This document shows, in pieces, positions 21,834 through 32,886 of a stretch of DNA of 64,000 nucleotides. Position 1 is the stretch's first letter. Every line of letters begins with the position of its first letter. This DNA is from Calditrichia bacterium (GTDB lineage: Bacteria > Calditrichota > Calditrichia > JAJRVZ01), in the NCBI GenBank assembly GCA_963796965.1, contig CAWCNS010000011.1:192001-256000 (forward strand). The letters are read 5' to 3'. The notes beneath the pieces were generated by a model. It had not been told where the DNA came from. It did no database searches and saw only the letters and a program-made list of their open reading frames with translations. The position numbers and the translations under genes are program-made.

Positions 21834-24098
21834 TTATTTAATTACCAGGAATTTACCTGTGTAGATCTCTCCGGAATCATCATCTTTGACAGAGTATAAA
21901 TATAACCCCGTTGCGATAGCCTGATTTTGCCTGGTTATTAGATCCCAGGCATGCTCCCCACCGGAATAGACTGTTTTTTGTGACGCCACACCTTGCGACA
22001 AGCGATTAACATCCGCGCCAGAATAGTTTGCTGCATCATGCCTTATTTCATCAATAAGATCACCCGCCAATGAATAAATTCTGATCGTAGAATTTGCCGG
22101 TAAATTGGCAAACCAGATCAGGCGATCACGTGTGCCGGTTCCATCCCACAGGGCACCAGCCCGATAGGGGTTTGGATACACATATATTTCCCTGTTGCCG
22201 TCAACCGAAGGAAGTTTTCCGGGAACCGCATAGGTCAGATTCTCATTAATGGAACTTTCCATGCTCTGTAATTTATTTGCCGGATTTCCTTTATCATAGG
22301 AAGTTATCGAATAAAAATATTTTCCTGACCAACCATTTAGCAAATTATTGTTTACAAAACGATACTTATAGTCTTTACCGTTAATGGTTGTGTCATAGCG
22401 AACAGCCCCAAATCCTGTCTCGTAGCCAAGGGCCATGCTATCGATCACGTCAAATTGCGCTAGTAAGGTCGCTTCTTCACTACTCCCAAAGGTCTTGGGT
22501 GAGCTGTAGATACGATAGCCTTCGAAATCCTTTTCCCGCGTAATGGGATCTTCATACTTTTCCGGAAAATCATCCCAATACAGACTTACCTTACGATCTC
22601 CCGGTATAACTGCTATATTTGGTGAAGGAGGTGGTGAAGGCAGAATATACCTGTCAATCACGCCATTTGAATCCACAATACCACGTTGGAAATTCACATG
22701 ACTGTCTTCAAAGATATCTAAATTACCATCTTCATCACCAAAGACCTCTTCTCCCAGATTCCAGATTCCATTTCCATCAAGATCCAAATCAGCCCGGTAC
22801 GTATCTTCATCGGGATCGAGTATACCGTTCTTGTTCACATCTTCATCAGGATCTAATTTTCCATCGCCATCAACATCTTCACCATTATAGGCAACCTGTG
22901 CCCAATCTGAATTTATTCTTAGATTTGACCTTCTGGCAGGGGAATCAGATGCGCCGTCACCCCAGAATCCGCACACAACGGCAAAGACGACATTGAGACT
23001 ATCGCCTGGTTCAATATTACCAAGCGGACCAATGGAGAGCAACAGCATCCAACTGGCCAGGTCATCGACCGTGGACGGAGTAGGCGCTATCGGTGTCGAC
23101 GACAATTTTTGATATCTTTCTTCATCCGTTGTGGGCATAAAGAAATCCAGATCTGAAGAATTATTCCATTCCCACTGATCATAATGGACCTTATAATCTG
23201 TATTGGTGACGGAAGTACCCAGAGCACGTATACCCACGTAACTTTCTGAGAACCCATTATCACCATCAAAATCAAATTGATACCCCATGTTATAGTCACG
23301 ATCAAAACCGTTTAAATTATCATACCAGGTAAACCCTCCACCAGGTTCATAGGCACTGGTGTAATTCATATTAGCAATAGAGGCATCCACCCATAGTCCT
23401 GTATAGACATCTCTTATGGGATATTGCGATCGGTTTATAAAAGTATAATTTAAAATCACAAAAGCATCCGCATAGGAATAGTTCCAGGCATAGGATTCCA
23501 GATGGACATCCACCCCCAGAGGGATATGATTAATGAGTTCGATCTCTGTTCCGGGAACGACCAGATTCTTATCAGTAAAATCACAGATAAAATCCTGATG
23601 CGAAATGGCCATGGGATCAAAGAGGGGTGAGGTGACAATTGATGATCGCTCTTTTATAATATCACTCTCATCAGCAGAGTTGGTAAATTCAAAGCCGGCC
23701 TCGCCATACTCAAAGACGCCGTCAACAATAGCGGTGGACACAAGTGTTTGCTCTTCCCCATCCATACCGCCCACTCCGCCGAACCATAAGCCGGCATAAG
23801 AGAAATGTTCAATCTGTTCTTTTTCTCTGGCGGATTGATATTTATACTGACAGGAGGGTTGATCCTGTAAGGCGTTAGAGTAGCCTTGCCCTAATAATCC
23901 GTAATTGGTGACCGTCATTCCCAGATTTCCCACATTATGATAATGCGAATAATCATCGACTGTGGGTTTGAAAAAGACGTGATTAGAAAGGGTATCTCTA
24001 TTAGCAGGGTAGGTTTGGCTAAAAAGGGTATTAAAAAACAAAAGAATACTTAAAAATAAAAAATAGTGACTTACATAAAGGGATGTTTTACGAATCAT
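21834..24098 (-). CDS. Secreted FN3-containing protein of the type found with TonB receptor/PorV operons
   Basis: Signal peptide; PSPPPSP..V.LYWD...DFEGYRIY FN3 motif; acidic D.DGDG repeats; VYPNPY...IYSLAGDLI...WDL CTD. Confidence 0.78.
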   Translation of the reverse strand: MIRKTSLYVSHYFLFLSILLFFNTLFSQTYPANRDTLSNHVFFKPTVDDYSHYHNVGNLGMTVTNYGLLGQGYSNALQDQPSCQYKYQSAREKEQIEHFSYAGLWFGGVGGMDGEEQTLVSTAIVDGVFEYGEAGFEFTNSADESDIIKERSSIVTSPLFDPMAISHQDFICDFTDKNLVVPGTEIELINHIPLGVDVHLESYAWNYSYADAFVILNYTFINRSQYPIRDVYTGLWVDASIANMNYTSAYEPGGGFTWYDNLNGFDRDYNMGYQFDFDGDNGFSESYVGIRALGTSVTNTDYKVHYDQWEWNNSSDLDFFMPTTDEERYQKLSSTPIAPTPSTVDDLASWMLLLSIGPLGNIEPGDSLNVVFAVVCGFWGDGASDSPARRSNLRINSDWAQVAYNGEDVDGDGKLDPDEDVNKNGILDPDEDTYRADLDLDGNGIWNLGEEVFGDEDGNLDIFEDSHVNFQRGIVDSNGVIDRYILPSPPPSPNIAVIPGDRKVSLYWDDFPEKYEDPITREKDFEGYRIYSSPKTFGSSEEATLLAQFDVIDSMALGYETGFGAVRYDTTINGKDYKYRFVNNNLLNGWSGKYFYSITSYDKGNPANKLQSMESSINENLTYAVPGKLPSVDGNREIYVYPNPYRAGALWDGTGTRDRLIWFANLPANSTIRIYSLAGDLIDEIRHDAANYSGADVNRLSQGVASQKTVYSGGEHAWDLITRQNQAIATGLYLYSVKDDDSGEIYTGKFLVIK

Positions 24099-24327
24099 TA
24101 TGTTAATTTATTCTTTTTAATGGCGATACTGATCATAATCATTAATAATTTTTTATACAAATTTGATTGTTTTCCACCAATAATGCTTTTGAAAAATAAA
24201 GCAAAAAACATGATCCACATTTTAATTTTTTACAGCAAATTTTGAGTAAAATTCGACAATGGGGAATGATCCACCGGTAGGATAATATAATAAATATTAG
24301 TTAAAATTCAAGTGCTCATTTTCACCT

Positions 24328-24343
24328 TGTGACATTTGTCATC
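24328..24343. promoter_or_regulatory. Possible CRP/FNR-family operator upstream of the TonB/OB-fold operon
   Basis: TGTGA-CATTTG-TCATC, with internal palindrome TGACA-TT-TGTCA, in the AT-rich leader. Confidence 0.3.
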
Positions 24344-24767
24344 CCCCCAAAATCAGACTATTTTTTGCTTTCTTCATGAAGAGGGAAAAATGAAAAACAG
24401 GCTAAGCTTTTGATGATTTTACACTTAGTCAGTAACGAAATATTTGCGGATCTACAGACAAACAAATATTCTGATAATTTAAGACAAGAAAAAATTTTCT
24501 AAATTATTTTTTTTTAATTGTGGGTTACTCATTTGGGGATAATTATAGAGAATAGACGCTCTTTTTTATTCCATTAATTTCCTTACCAGGTTTCGACAAG
24601 TTGTGTAATGAAATAATTAATTTTTTAAATAGGGCGAGGATTTATGATATATAACAGAATAACGTTACAGATAAGAAGGTGGGTTTTAAATAGTATATTC
24701 ATGATTCCGGATTAAGACGTCGTCTTTCATTTATAGTTGGACTTAGGGCTCCTGTTCTGCAGAGTTC

Positions 24768-25445
24768 TCAAGGATACTTCAAATACTTCGTTTGTGGGTT
24801 ATCAATAAACCAGGCACTCCATCGTTGCATGGTTGACTTATGCTCAAATAAATACCGGTCAGCATAGGTTCCACTAATACACGTAAGACCATTGCTACCT
24901 GGCATATGATACCATAAACTTTCAGTTTCATAATCATATAAAACAAAAGTCTGATTATAGGTCCAGCCACTGGCACTCAAGGTTAATACTTTACCATCTA
25001 ATTCCCGACTGTACACGGCAGTCAATTGTATTAACGGTCAGTAGCCAACAGCAACATAGGTGCTGTCGAATTCATCATTAACTATTTCATGAGTATACAA
25101 ATCCCGCAAACTATAGGCACGTGTCATGTCATTAATCGTTGTTCCAATAACTAAAAATGATTCAGAGGCTGCCGGAAATCCTTTATTGCCTGGATCCAGG
25201 AATTCGGGATTTCCGATCGGTGTGATTGCATAAGGTCCCAACCCATTTCTAAAAACGCCGGGACTGAAACCGTATTGTTTAACCGCATGTGTTATTTCCC
25301 AGACTTTGCCTGTGTGATCTTTAATAAAAATCTGCTCATCTTCTTCTATCACAATAGCAGGCGATCCACTAACATTCTGGTTGTCACAGCTTGATGATAC
25401 AGATAGTATTATCAAAATGGATACTAAGAGAATAAAACTTTTCAT
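24768..25445 (-). CDS. DUF3179-family lipoprotein with in-frame UGA (probable selenocysteine)
   Basis: ORFs 25038-25445 and 24768-25025 are in one frame: ...HEIVND...VAVGY-UGA-PLIQLTAVYSR...SG...LYDYETESLW. The UGA falls where the family has YCPL. Confidence 0.8.
24999..25033 (-). promoter_or_regulatory. Bacterial SECIS-like hairpin
   Basis: 12 nt after the UGA: UUGACUG-CCGUGUA-CAGUCGG upper stem-loop, with a possible lower UAAU/AUUA stem. Confidence 0.6.
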
Positions 25446-25900
25446 TGCTCCTCCGATTCTTGTTCTCTGTCATGTAAAAATTACCCGCAGAAAGCCTGGT
25501 GCTCCACATTTGGCTGAGCCTCAGCTCCTGAACGTTCAGATTTGAAAGACGATATAATATTTTAATTTCTTCATCAAACTTTTGTCACCACATTGCTCTC
25601 ACCATATTTTACGTGATTAGAATCATAGGTTTCTTATAATGACGGGGTGATGTAACCACGCTTACCAATCTCGGTATAATTTAAATTGAGCAAAATCATT
25701 TTGATTATTTATGGTGAACTACTATATTTGAATTACTGTTTTCCATCCACAAATGAGGCTTCAGGGAAACGCTCCCTGAACTGTGAATTTCAAAATATCC
25801 TCGAATTTTCAGAATAAATATAGAACTAATGATTTTAATTCGACCAACCAGCTGTTTTTCCTCCAAAAATGGTCCCTAATCATTAGTCTGCTGAAACTCT

Positions 25901-28591
25901 ATGCTAATCCGCACAAGTTCTTTGGAGGTAATTTTGATGCAATGGCCACGGACAATTTATATCTTTGTATTTTTGACTTATCTTCTATTTTCTATTGTTA
26001 CTTGTTTTTCGCAGTCGGGTAACAACTCTATTTCCGACTTCAAATACACTGCTGTAACCAATGACAGTGAAGATTTGACTCTAATCCAAAATGAATTTCA
26101 GGGTTATACCAGCCACTGGACAGAATATGACTGGACATGGTATACGCAGAACGGGTTCTTTAATTTTTCCCAAACCTCCCCCAAAAGTGAACTAAGACTA
26201 GCGGAAATTGAGATCGGGAATCAACTATTATTAGATGAATTATGGATACAGGAAGGTTTTGTCAACCGCCTGGCTGATAGAGCCTCACCCGTGCTTAAAT
26301 CTCCCTCAAAAAATGAATTAGATGATATTCTCTCTCAGACGGATGTTGTCATTACTGGATTGGATAAAAATCCTCTCATCAATGAATTGATTCTGAGGAT
26401 TCCCCAGGATAAACAATTCCGGCGAAATCGCGCTTTTTATCTACAAAACGACCAAAGAACCATATTTGTTATTGCCAGTCAGACACAAGAAGAGGTTGAG
26501 CGTCTGTCCAGACATATAGAAAATGCGAAAAACATTATTGAGAGATATAAATTATCCAAAGGCTTGGTGGGTGTTCAGAGCAACTATTTGCTCATCACCC
26601 CAGGACTCCCCTACAATCCTTATGATTTGATCAACAAGGCTATGCAAATAAGCTGTTCATGGATAATGGTTAGCGGCTATAATGACTGGATGATCCCGGA
26701 TCAGGTAAATCCAACCCTTAAAAATATTAATTTCCCCTATATTTTTTTACCGGGACAATACGTGACCGGAGGCATCATGTATGGGATGAATAAATATCCC
26801 AACATTCAAAACAATACCGTGGAACAATGTCTTGATTGGAAAGAGGAGAGAAGAGGATTTTATTTTGCCAATTTAAGCAGCATTCAAAGTAGCTATAAGA
26901 ATCGCTTTGATGGATATGTGGTCAAGACCCCTGCCGATCAGATAAAGATCGATTCTCTCGGTACACCATTTATAACCAATGCCGGAACTATTAACCAGAC
27001 CATACCTCCGGCAATGATTGTCTTTCATGAAAAAAACAATCCAATAACCGAGGACAATATCTGGAAAGCCATATTGGATAAAAAAGCGGTTGCATTATTC
27101 GAGAGGGGAAAATTAGTCGGTCCAAAGACCTTGGTTGATCCTCTTAAAATCCTAATGTTAGAAAAACAATTTTTAAGAGAGCAATTTGGTAATCCGGTCA
27201 CCCTGCAGGCAGAAGTGACACAGGGTGAGATGAACGTTACGCTACAAAACAAATCAACGGAAACGGTTTCCGGGACACTCAGATTTCAGGTTGCTGGAGA
27301 TATAAAAATCGGAGAAAAGACAGAGCCTATTTCGATCACCCTCTCTCCCTCAGAATCAAAAAATCTAAATTTCAATCTTAATTGCTCGGCTTCAGCCTGT
27401 GGCAAAGACCTGCCTGTCGGTATCATTTTCAACACTTCAGATAAACAAGTCCGTGCTTTAACACATTTTGAAATTCCTTCAGCTGTTGAGATCCATCCCC
27501 TGATCTTTGATCAGCCTGGCGAGATTCATTATCCTGTTACACTTTATAATTATAGCGATGATATTCCGAGTGTAGAACTTTCCATTTATTCCAAACAAAA
27601 AAATAAAATTGTCTATCATGACAAAAAAACTCTCTCCGTAAAAAAATGGCAAAAAGTGATTTCTGCATTCGATTTTAATTTGGAGGAGGGAGAATATACT
27701 GTGTCTGTGAGCGCCTTAGGTGATAAAAAGCAAGCAGAAATCTCAATACAATCCCAATCCGGCCAGGTAAATGTCTCCAAATCGGATTTAGATGGTGATG
27801 GAATTCCTGAAATTGTCATGGAAAATTCTAAGATTAAAGCGACGCTTCTCCTATTTGGCGGTCGGGTGATTGAATATATTGTAAAGGAAAGAGATGAAAA
27901 TCTTCTCTTTAAACTATGGCCGCAAAAACCACCATGGGCAGGTACGCCAAGAGGTGTGCGCGCTTTTTACCCCTGGGGTGGATTAGAGGAATTTACCGGT
28001 TATCCCTACATCGGTGGTCATATTGTTTTCAAATATGAGATCTTAGAAGCCTCAGGGACACGGGGTCGTGTGCGTTTATGGGCAAATATTCATGGAAGTA
28101 AAATAGAAAAAATAATTAGTCTATATGGTGATAGTGAATTGCTGGAAGTACGCTATGCGATGGATGAGATTGTACCGAGTATCACGATTATAGGTATAAA
28201 TCCCCTAATAGAAATCGGGCCCTCCACCGGCCCGGAAGATGTTTATTATTTTCCTGCAAAAAAACTTGAAGAGCGCCGCCCAGTTTTGGATAGATACTAT
28301 GGGGATATGTTTTTTCTAAAAGAGGGATGGGCGGCCGGATATGATACAGAAATGGACATTAGCCTCATCGTTGGCTATCCGGTAAACGATGCCATGTTCA
28401 TGCATTTATGGAACAACCACCCCAACAATACCCCAACGCCCTACTATTATACAGAATTGCAGCCCTGGCTCAAGATCAAACCAAAAACGACTACTTATTT
28501 TTCTTATTACCTGTTTGGTAAGAGCGGCGATTGGAAAACGGCATTGGAGAAGTTCAGACAATTGGGTGTGTTGACAAAGGTGGAGCATTGA
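25901..28591 (+). CDS. Large secreted hypothetical protein with Ig-like domains and a C-terminal galactose-mutarotase-like domain
   Basis: 896-aa ORF; signal-like N-terminus (likely start 25937); IVMENSKIKATL...GGRVIEY...ENLL resembles aldose-epimerase-like folds. Confidence 0.65.
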   Translation: MLIRTSSLEVILMQWPRTIYIFVFLTYLLFSIVTCFSQSGNNSISDFKYTAVTNDSEDLTLIQNEFQGYTSHWTEYDWTWYTQNGFFNFSQTSPKSELRLAEIEIGNQLLLDELWIQEGFVNRLADRASPVLKSPSKNELDDILSQTDVVITGLDKNPLINELILRIPQDKQFRRNRAFYLQNDQRTIFVIASQTQEEVERLSRHIENAKNIIERYKLSKGLVGVQSNYLLITPGLPYNPYDLINKAMQISCSWIMVSGYNDWMIPDQVNPTLKNINFPYIFLPGQYVTGGIMYGMNKYPNIQNNTVEQCLDWKEERRGFYFANLSSIQSSYKNRFDGYVVKTPADQIKIDSLGTPFITNAGTINQTIPPAMIVFHEKNNPITEDNIWKAILDKKAVALFERGKLVGPKTLVDPLKILMLEKQFLREQFGNPVTLQAEVTQGEMNVTLQNKSTETVSGTLRFQVAGDIKIGEKTEPISITLSPSESKNLNFNLNCSASACGKDLPVGIIFNTSDKQVRALTHFEIPSAVEIHPLIFDQPGEIHYPVTLYNYSDDIPSVELSIYSKQKNKIVYHDKKTLSVKKWQKVISAFDFNLEEGEYTVSVSALGDKKQAEISIQSQSGQVNVSKSDLDGDGIPEIVMENSKIKATLLLFGGRVIEYIVKERDENLLFKLWPQKPPWAGTPRGVRAFYPWGGLEEFTGYPYIGGHIVFKYEILEASGTRGRVRLWANIHGSKIEKIISLYGDSELLEVRYAMDEIVPSITIIGINPLIEIGPSTGPEDVYYFPAKKLEERRPVLDRYYGDMFFLKEGWAAGYDTEMDISLIVGYPVNDAMFMHLWNNHPNNTPTPYYYTELQPWLKIKPKTTTYFSYYLFGKSGDWKTALEKFRQLGVLTKVEH

Positions 28592-28593
28592 AT

Positions 28594-28632
28594 AATTGGG
28601 AATTGGGAATTGGGAATTGGGAATTGGGAATT
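28594..28632 (+). repeat. Heptamer tandem repeat (AATTGGG)x5
   Basis: Five exact copies directly after the stop codon at 28591. Confidence 0.95.
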
Positions 28633-28684
28633 TAAATCAAACTTTTGCCTAATTAGACCATTTGCCAACTGATGTGCAGATATT

Positions 28685-28839
28685 TTTCTCGCAAAGCCGC
28701 TAAGCCGCAGAGAAAGATAAAATAATAGATCCAAAATAGATGTCCCGAAGATTTACTGATATCGATAAGACTCTTTTTGTTGTAGTATGTAATATTTAGA
28801 TTTAATAAACTCTGCGTCTTTGCGTCTTTGCGTGAGAAA
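28685..28839. repeat. Periodic inverted-repeat doublet (CGCAAAG-type, 8-nt period)
   Basis: tttctcgcaaagccgctaagccgcagag ... ctctgcgtctttgcgtctttgcgtgagaaa. Confidence 0.75.
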
Positions 28840-28881
28840 GTAATTAACCAATAAGGTATATATAAAACGGAGGTATAAATC

Positions 28882-29742
28882 ATGAAATCCAGGTCAACAT
28901 TAGTTTTGTTCATATTGATTTTAGTTTCTTTCTTTTTCATTTACGAAACTCTTATGGCTCAGGAAATACGCGTTTTGTACGTCGGTGATGCCGGTGTGAT
29001 GTTAGGACCAAATATCATCGCCTCACCTTTCTATTATGAACAAAAGGGCTATGAAGTTCATATCTGGTGTCAACCCGTTCTTGACGCCCTAAATGCCGAA
29101 TCTGATATTACGGTCGAACATATGACCAACTGGAGGGCCCTCAAAGAATTTCCAGAAACCCCGGAAGCGATTGCGGAGAAATATGATGTTGTGGTTCTTT
29201 CAGATATTGAACAAGAGGTTCTGGTGTTATATCCCTGGGAACGGATGCAGGATACACCCATGGGACCAAACCGGCTTGAGTCTATCCGGGAATTTGTCCG
29301 AAACGGGGGCGGTCTGATTATGATCGGGGGTTGGGAGTCGTTTACCGGCAGGCGGGGTATTGGTGATTGGGGCGGCACACCCGTCGAAGAAGCACTTCCG
29401 GTTACCTGCCTTCAGGTCAATGATGACCGCAGGGAAGCACCACAGGGTGTCCACATTCAGACATTGGTTAAAGATCATCCTGTAACCAAAGGAATTGACT
29501 GGGATACCTGTCCCATGTTTACCGGTTATAACCGGATAGTTGCCAAACCGGAAGCCACAGTGCTAGCAAAGGTGAAAGAATTTGGTGACCCTTTTATCGC
29601 TGTCCGGGAATTTGGCAAAGGTAGAAGCATGGCCTTTGCTTCCGATATTTCACCCCATTGGGGCGCTGGATTTCAAAAATGGGAAAATTACGGCAAATCA
29701 TTTGTTCAGGCGATACGCTGGCTCTCGGGGAAAAATAAATAA
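28882..29742 (+). CDS. Class I glutamine amidotransferase-like (DUF1355-type) protein with signal peptide
   Basis: YDVVVLSDI, FVRNGGGLIMIGGWESF, TPVEEALPV, GKGRSMAFASD..PHW motifs; GGAGG SD. Confidence 0.82.
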   Translation: MKSRSTLVLFILILVSFFFIYETLMAQEIRVLYVGDAGVMLGPNIIASPFYYEQKGYEVHIWCQPVLDALNAESDITVEHMTNWRALKEFPETPEAIAEKYDVVVLSDIEQEVLVLYPWERMQDTPMGPNRLESIREFVRNGGGLIMIGGWESFTGRRGIGDWGGTPVEEALPVTCLQVNDDRREAPQGVHIQTLVKDHPVTKGIDWDTCPMFTGYNRIVAKPEATVLAKVKEFGDPFIAVREFGKGRSMAFASDISPHWGAGFQKWENYGKSFVQAIRWLSGKNK

Positions 29743-29745
29743 ATA

Positions 29746-29791
29746 TTCAATATTCTCCAAAGGAGTCCTTCGGACAACACGGAATAATCAA
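29746..29791. repeat. 46-bp dispersed repeat, copy 1 (CCAAAGG..CCTTCGG hairpin)
   Basis: Matches the reverse complement of 38116-38161 with one mismatch. Confidence 0.85.
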
Positions 29792-29866
29792 GGTCCAAGT
29801 TTTTATATGAAATCATATTTTTCCGGTTTAGAAGAGGATTCAATATATTAATAAAAAATCTCATTC

Positions 29867-30000
29867 AAAATCCCCTTCTCTTCTTCATGAGAATGGGCTC
29901 CTCAAAGTCCCTCTTTTTGTAAGAGAGGGATTTTCCCGAAGGGATGCCTTCGGCAAGGGTGAGTTCTTCAAATCAAGACGCCATGTTGGAAAATTAATTT
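29867..30000. repeat. Dispersed palindromic element, copy 2
   Basis: Reverse-complement match to 6892-7028; carries an extra hairpin CCCGAAGGGATGCCTTCGGCA. Confidence 0.8.
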
Positions 30001-30033
30001 AGAATGACCCATTTCAAACGTATGGAGAAATCG

Positions 30034-32614
30034 ATGCCACAAAAACAGTCAAACTTGCTATTAATATCATTCACCCTAATCTTCACGTTAATAACAACCC
30101 TCACTGCACAAACACCCACAATTAAATATGAAGAAGGTCAATGGATAAAGACCTGGCTGCTTTGCGGTCCGGTCTTCCTGGAAAAAACGGAAGGTCCGGT
30201 TTCGGAAATTGAGCATCTTCCTGGATTTGAGATCGACTATTTGGAACAGATCGGCGGTGAAGCAAAGCCTGAGATTAAGCCCGGGCAAACATTCAGTTTT
30301 AATGGTGGAGATTTAACTTTTACACCATTTACCTCAGAGCAAGACAAGATTGATCTGGATATTGCTGTCTCCAAATCCGATAAGGTACTAGCCTACGCTT
30401 ATTGTGAGATTGAATCAGCGGAAGATAAAGTATCCATTCTCGCTTTGGGCAGTAATGACGGTGGCCGCGCCTGGCTGAACGGCGAAATGATCTGGGATCA
30501 TCCAGAGGCAAGGGGTCTGTTTGTTGATGATGACAGGGTTCCGGTATATTTAAAAAAGGGTCGAAATAAATTATTAATGAAGATAGAGGAACGCGGTAAT
30601 GCCTGGGGATTTTGCGTTCGTTTTCAGCCTTTCGATGCCGGCCGTTTTGTGCAGGAAATTCCGCTGTTTTCGATTATTCCGCAGTCCGACGGACAGGCCC
30701 TGCTGCGTTTCCTTCAGTCTGAATCCGTCATCAATCAGCTTTTCCAGACCGCCGAATTGAGCATAACGCGTCTTGATGAAAAGGATAAAATGCTCTGGCA
30801 ATCTGCCTGGACTAAGAAAAAAGAGGTGATACTCTATCCTCAAAATAAAGTCTATGGTCATTTCAATCTTATAATAAAGGCTGTCCTCACCAGCGGGAAA
30901 AGATGGACTGTGGAAATGCCTTTCACGATGGGTATACGAACCGATCATGTGCTCTTCAAAAATAAGGCAACGGACTACCGTATTGTGATCGGGGAAGAGG
31001 CCTCGGAATCAGAGCGCTGGGCAGCTCAGGAACTTCAGCATTGGCTAAAAGAGATAAGCGGAGCCGAATTCGGTTTACAATCTTCGAATCATCCCAAAAA
31101 GATTATTGTCGGTTTCAACAAACTGACACAGAAATTACTGGGGAATTCAGCCCAGGAACCGGCGGAGGAAGATGAATCGTTCACCTACCGCAATTTTGGT
31201 CCGGATATTTTTATCTGGGGTGGTAAGGCGCGTGGAACCCTGTATGGCGTGATGACTTTTCTTGAGAAAGAACTGGGCTGCCGCTGGTATACGTCACGTG
31301 TTAGTGTCATTCCGAAGAAGCCTGCCTACACATTTGATTATCTGTATCATTCGGAGAAACCCGGTATCCGCGTCAGAAATGATTTCTACTACGAGGCGTT
31401 TGAACCGATCTGGGCGGCACGAAATAAAGTAAACGGTGCGATGAGTTACCGGGAACAGCCCGGTGGTGTAGAGGGTTACTGGGCCGTACATACTTTTTAT
31501 CCCCTTATGCCTCCTGAGGAGTTCTTTGCAGACCATCCGGAGTATTACAGCCTTATCGATGGCAAACGGACTTTTGATCACGCCCAACTTTGCCTAACCA
31601 ATGCAGATGTACTTAAAATTATTACTGAGCGTCTTAAAAAAACGATCGAGGAAAAACCAGAGTATCTCATATACTCCGTCTCACAAAACGATTGGAGTAA
31701 TCCCTGTCAATGCGAAAACTGCCAGGCCATTGCTCTGAAGGAAGAGAGTGAGGCCGGACCGATCGTCTGGTTTGTCAACCAGGTAGCCGAAGATATTGAA
31801 AAAGACTACCCGGATAAATACGTTGGGACATTAGCCTATTCTTATACGCGTAAGCCTCCTAAGACTATAAAACCCCGGGAAAATGTAGTCATACGCTTAT
31901 GCAGTATAGAATGTTGTTTTGCCCATGATTTTAACTCTTGCCCGGAGAATGCTTCGTTTGTTAGTGATCTGCAAGGCTGGTCGGCCATCGCCCCCCATCT
32001 TTATATCTGGGATTATGTGGTCAATTTCAGTCACTATATTATGCCCTATCCCAACTTCCGTGTACTGAAGAACAATATCAGGATGTTTCGTGACAATAAG
32101 GCGATCGGGATCATGGAACAGGCCGCTTATCAGAGCCGCGGCGGTGAGTTCGCCGAACTACGGGCGTATGTTATTTCAAAACTCCTGTGGAATCCGGAAT
32201 GCGATACCGAGGCATGTGATTAATGATTTTATGTATGGCTATTATGGACGCAGCGGACAATATGTCCGCCAATACTTTGAACTGCTGCACGGGCGTCTCA
32301 CAGCAGATACACATATTCATCTTGGCCTGAGACCCGATGACAAACTCTTTACCGACGATTTTATCAACCAGGCCGATGAGATCTTTGACGCTGCCGAAAC
32401 TGTAGCAGATAACGAGGAGATACGGCAACGGGTGGAAATGGCTCGTCTGCCGCTTATGTATTTGAAATGCAGACGCTCACCTGTCGCCGCTAAGTACGAG
32501 GGGACCTATGACCGGTTAAAACAAATCGTGAAACGGGAGGGGATTACCCACTTTGCCGAAGCGGGGCAACTTCATTTTGAAGATTTTTATAAAAGTATAG
32601 AATCGGCTAAATAG
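30034..32614 (+). CDS. DUF4838-domain protein with N-terminal PA14-like beta-sandwich; frameshift near 32215
   Basis: GTLYGV..FLE..LGCRWY, HPEYY...QLCLTN, SVSQND...CQC..C, TLAYSYT..PP, LYIWDY, KLLWNP; continues in ORF 32090-32614. GGAG SD before 30034. Confidence 0.82.
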
Positions 32615-32671
32615 TATAAAAGAACAGCATGGCTCAAGATAAGATAAAAGAGTAAAGATCAAAGATGAAAT

Positions 32672-32822
32672 AGAGCAGAGAAGCAGAAATCCGAAAGCAG
32701 TATAAAGAAAATTATAGGATATCTAATTTAATTATGCATATTAAATTGAGTATCACAGAGAAAATTAACACTTAATCAGCATTTAATTTCTGCTTTCTGC
32801 TTCTCTACTTTTCTGTTTTCTG
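32672..32822. repeat. Periodic inverted-repeat doublet (GCAGA-type)
   Basis: agagcagagaagcagaaatccgaaagcag ... tttctgctttctgcttctctact. Confidence 0.55.
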
Positions 32823-32886
32823 AAAAATAATTTGTGGATTAAAAGAATTTATCTTTTTGCGTTTAAATATTTAATTGGAGACATCT

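Noticed and set aside
21834..24098. A complete type IX secretion system in the window
   Set aside because: Only a PorV-like barrel and CTD-bearing cargo are present; no SprA or PorK/L/M/N genes were recognised.
28507..28940. Short ORFs 28507-28734 and 28653-28940 (also 41081-41359, 46335-46598, 48541-48753, 55760-56044)
   Set aside because: They translate intergenic repeats or antisense strands (e.g. SQFPIPNSQFPI) and show no protein-like features.
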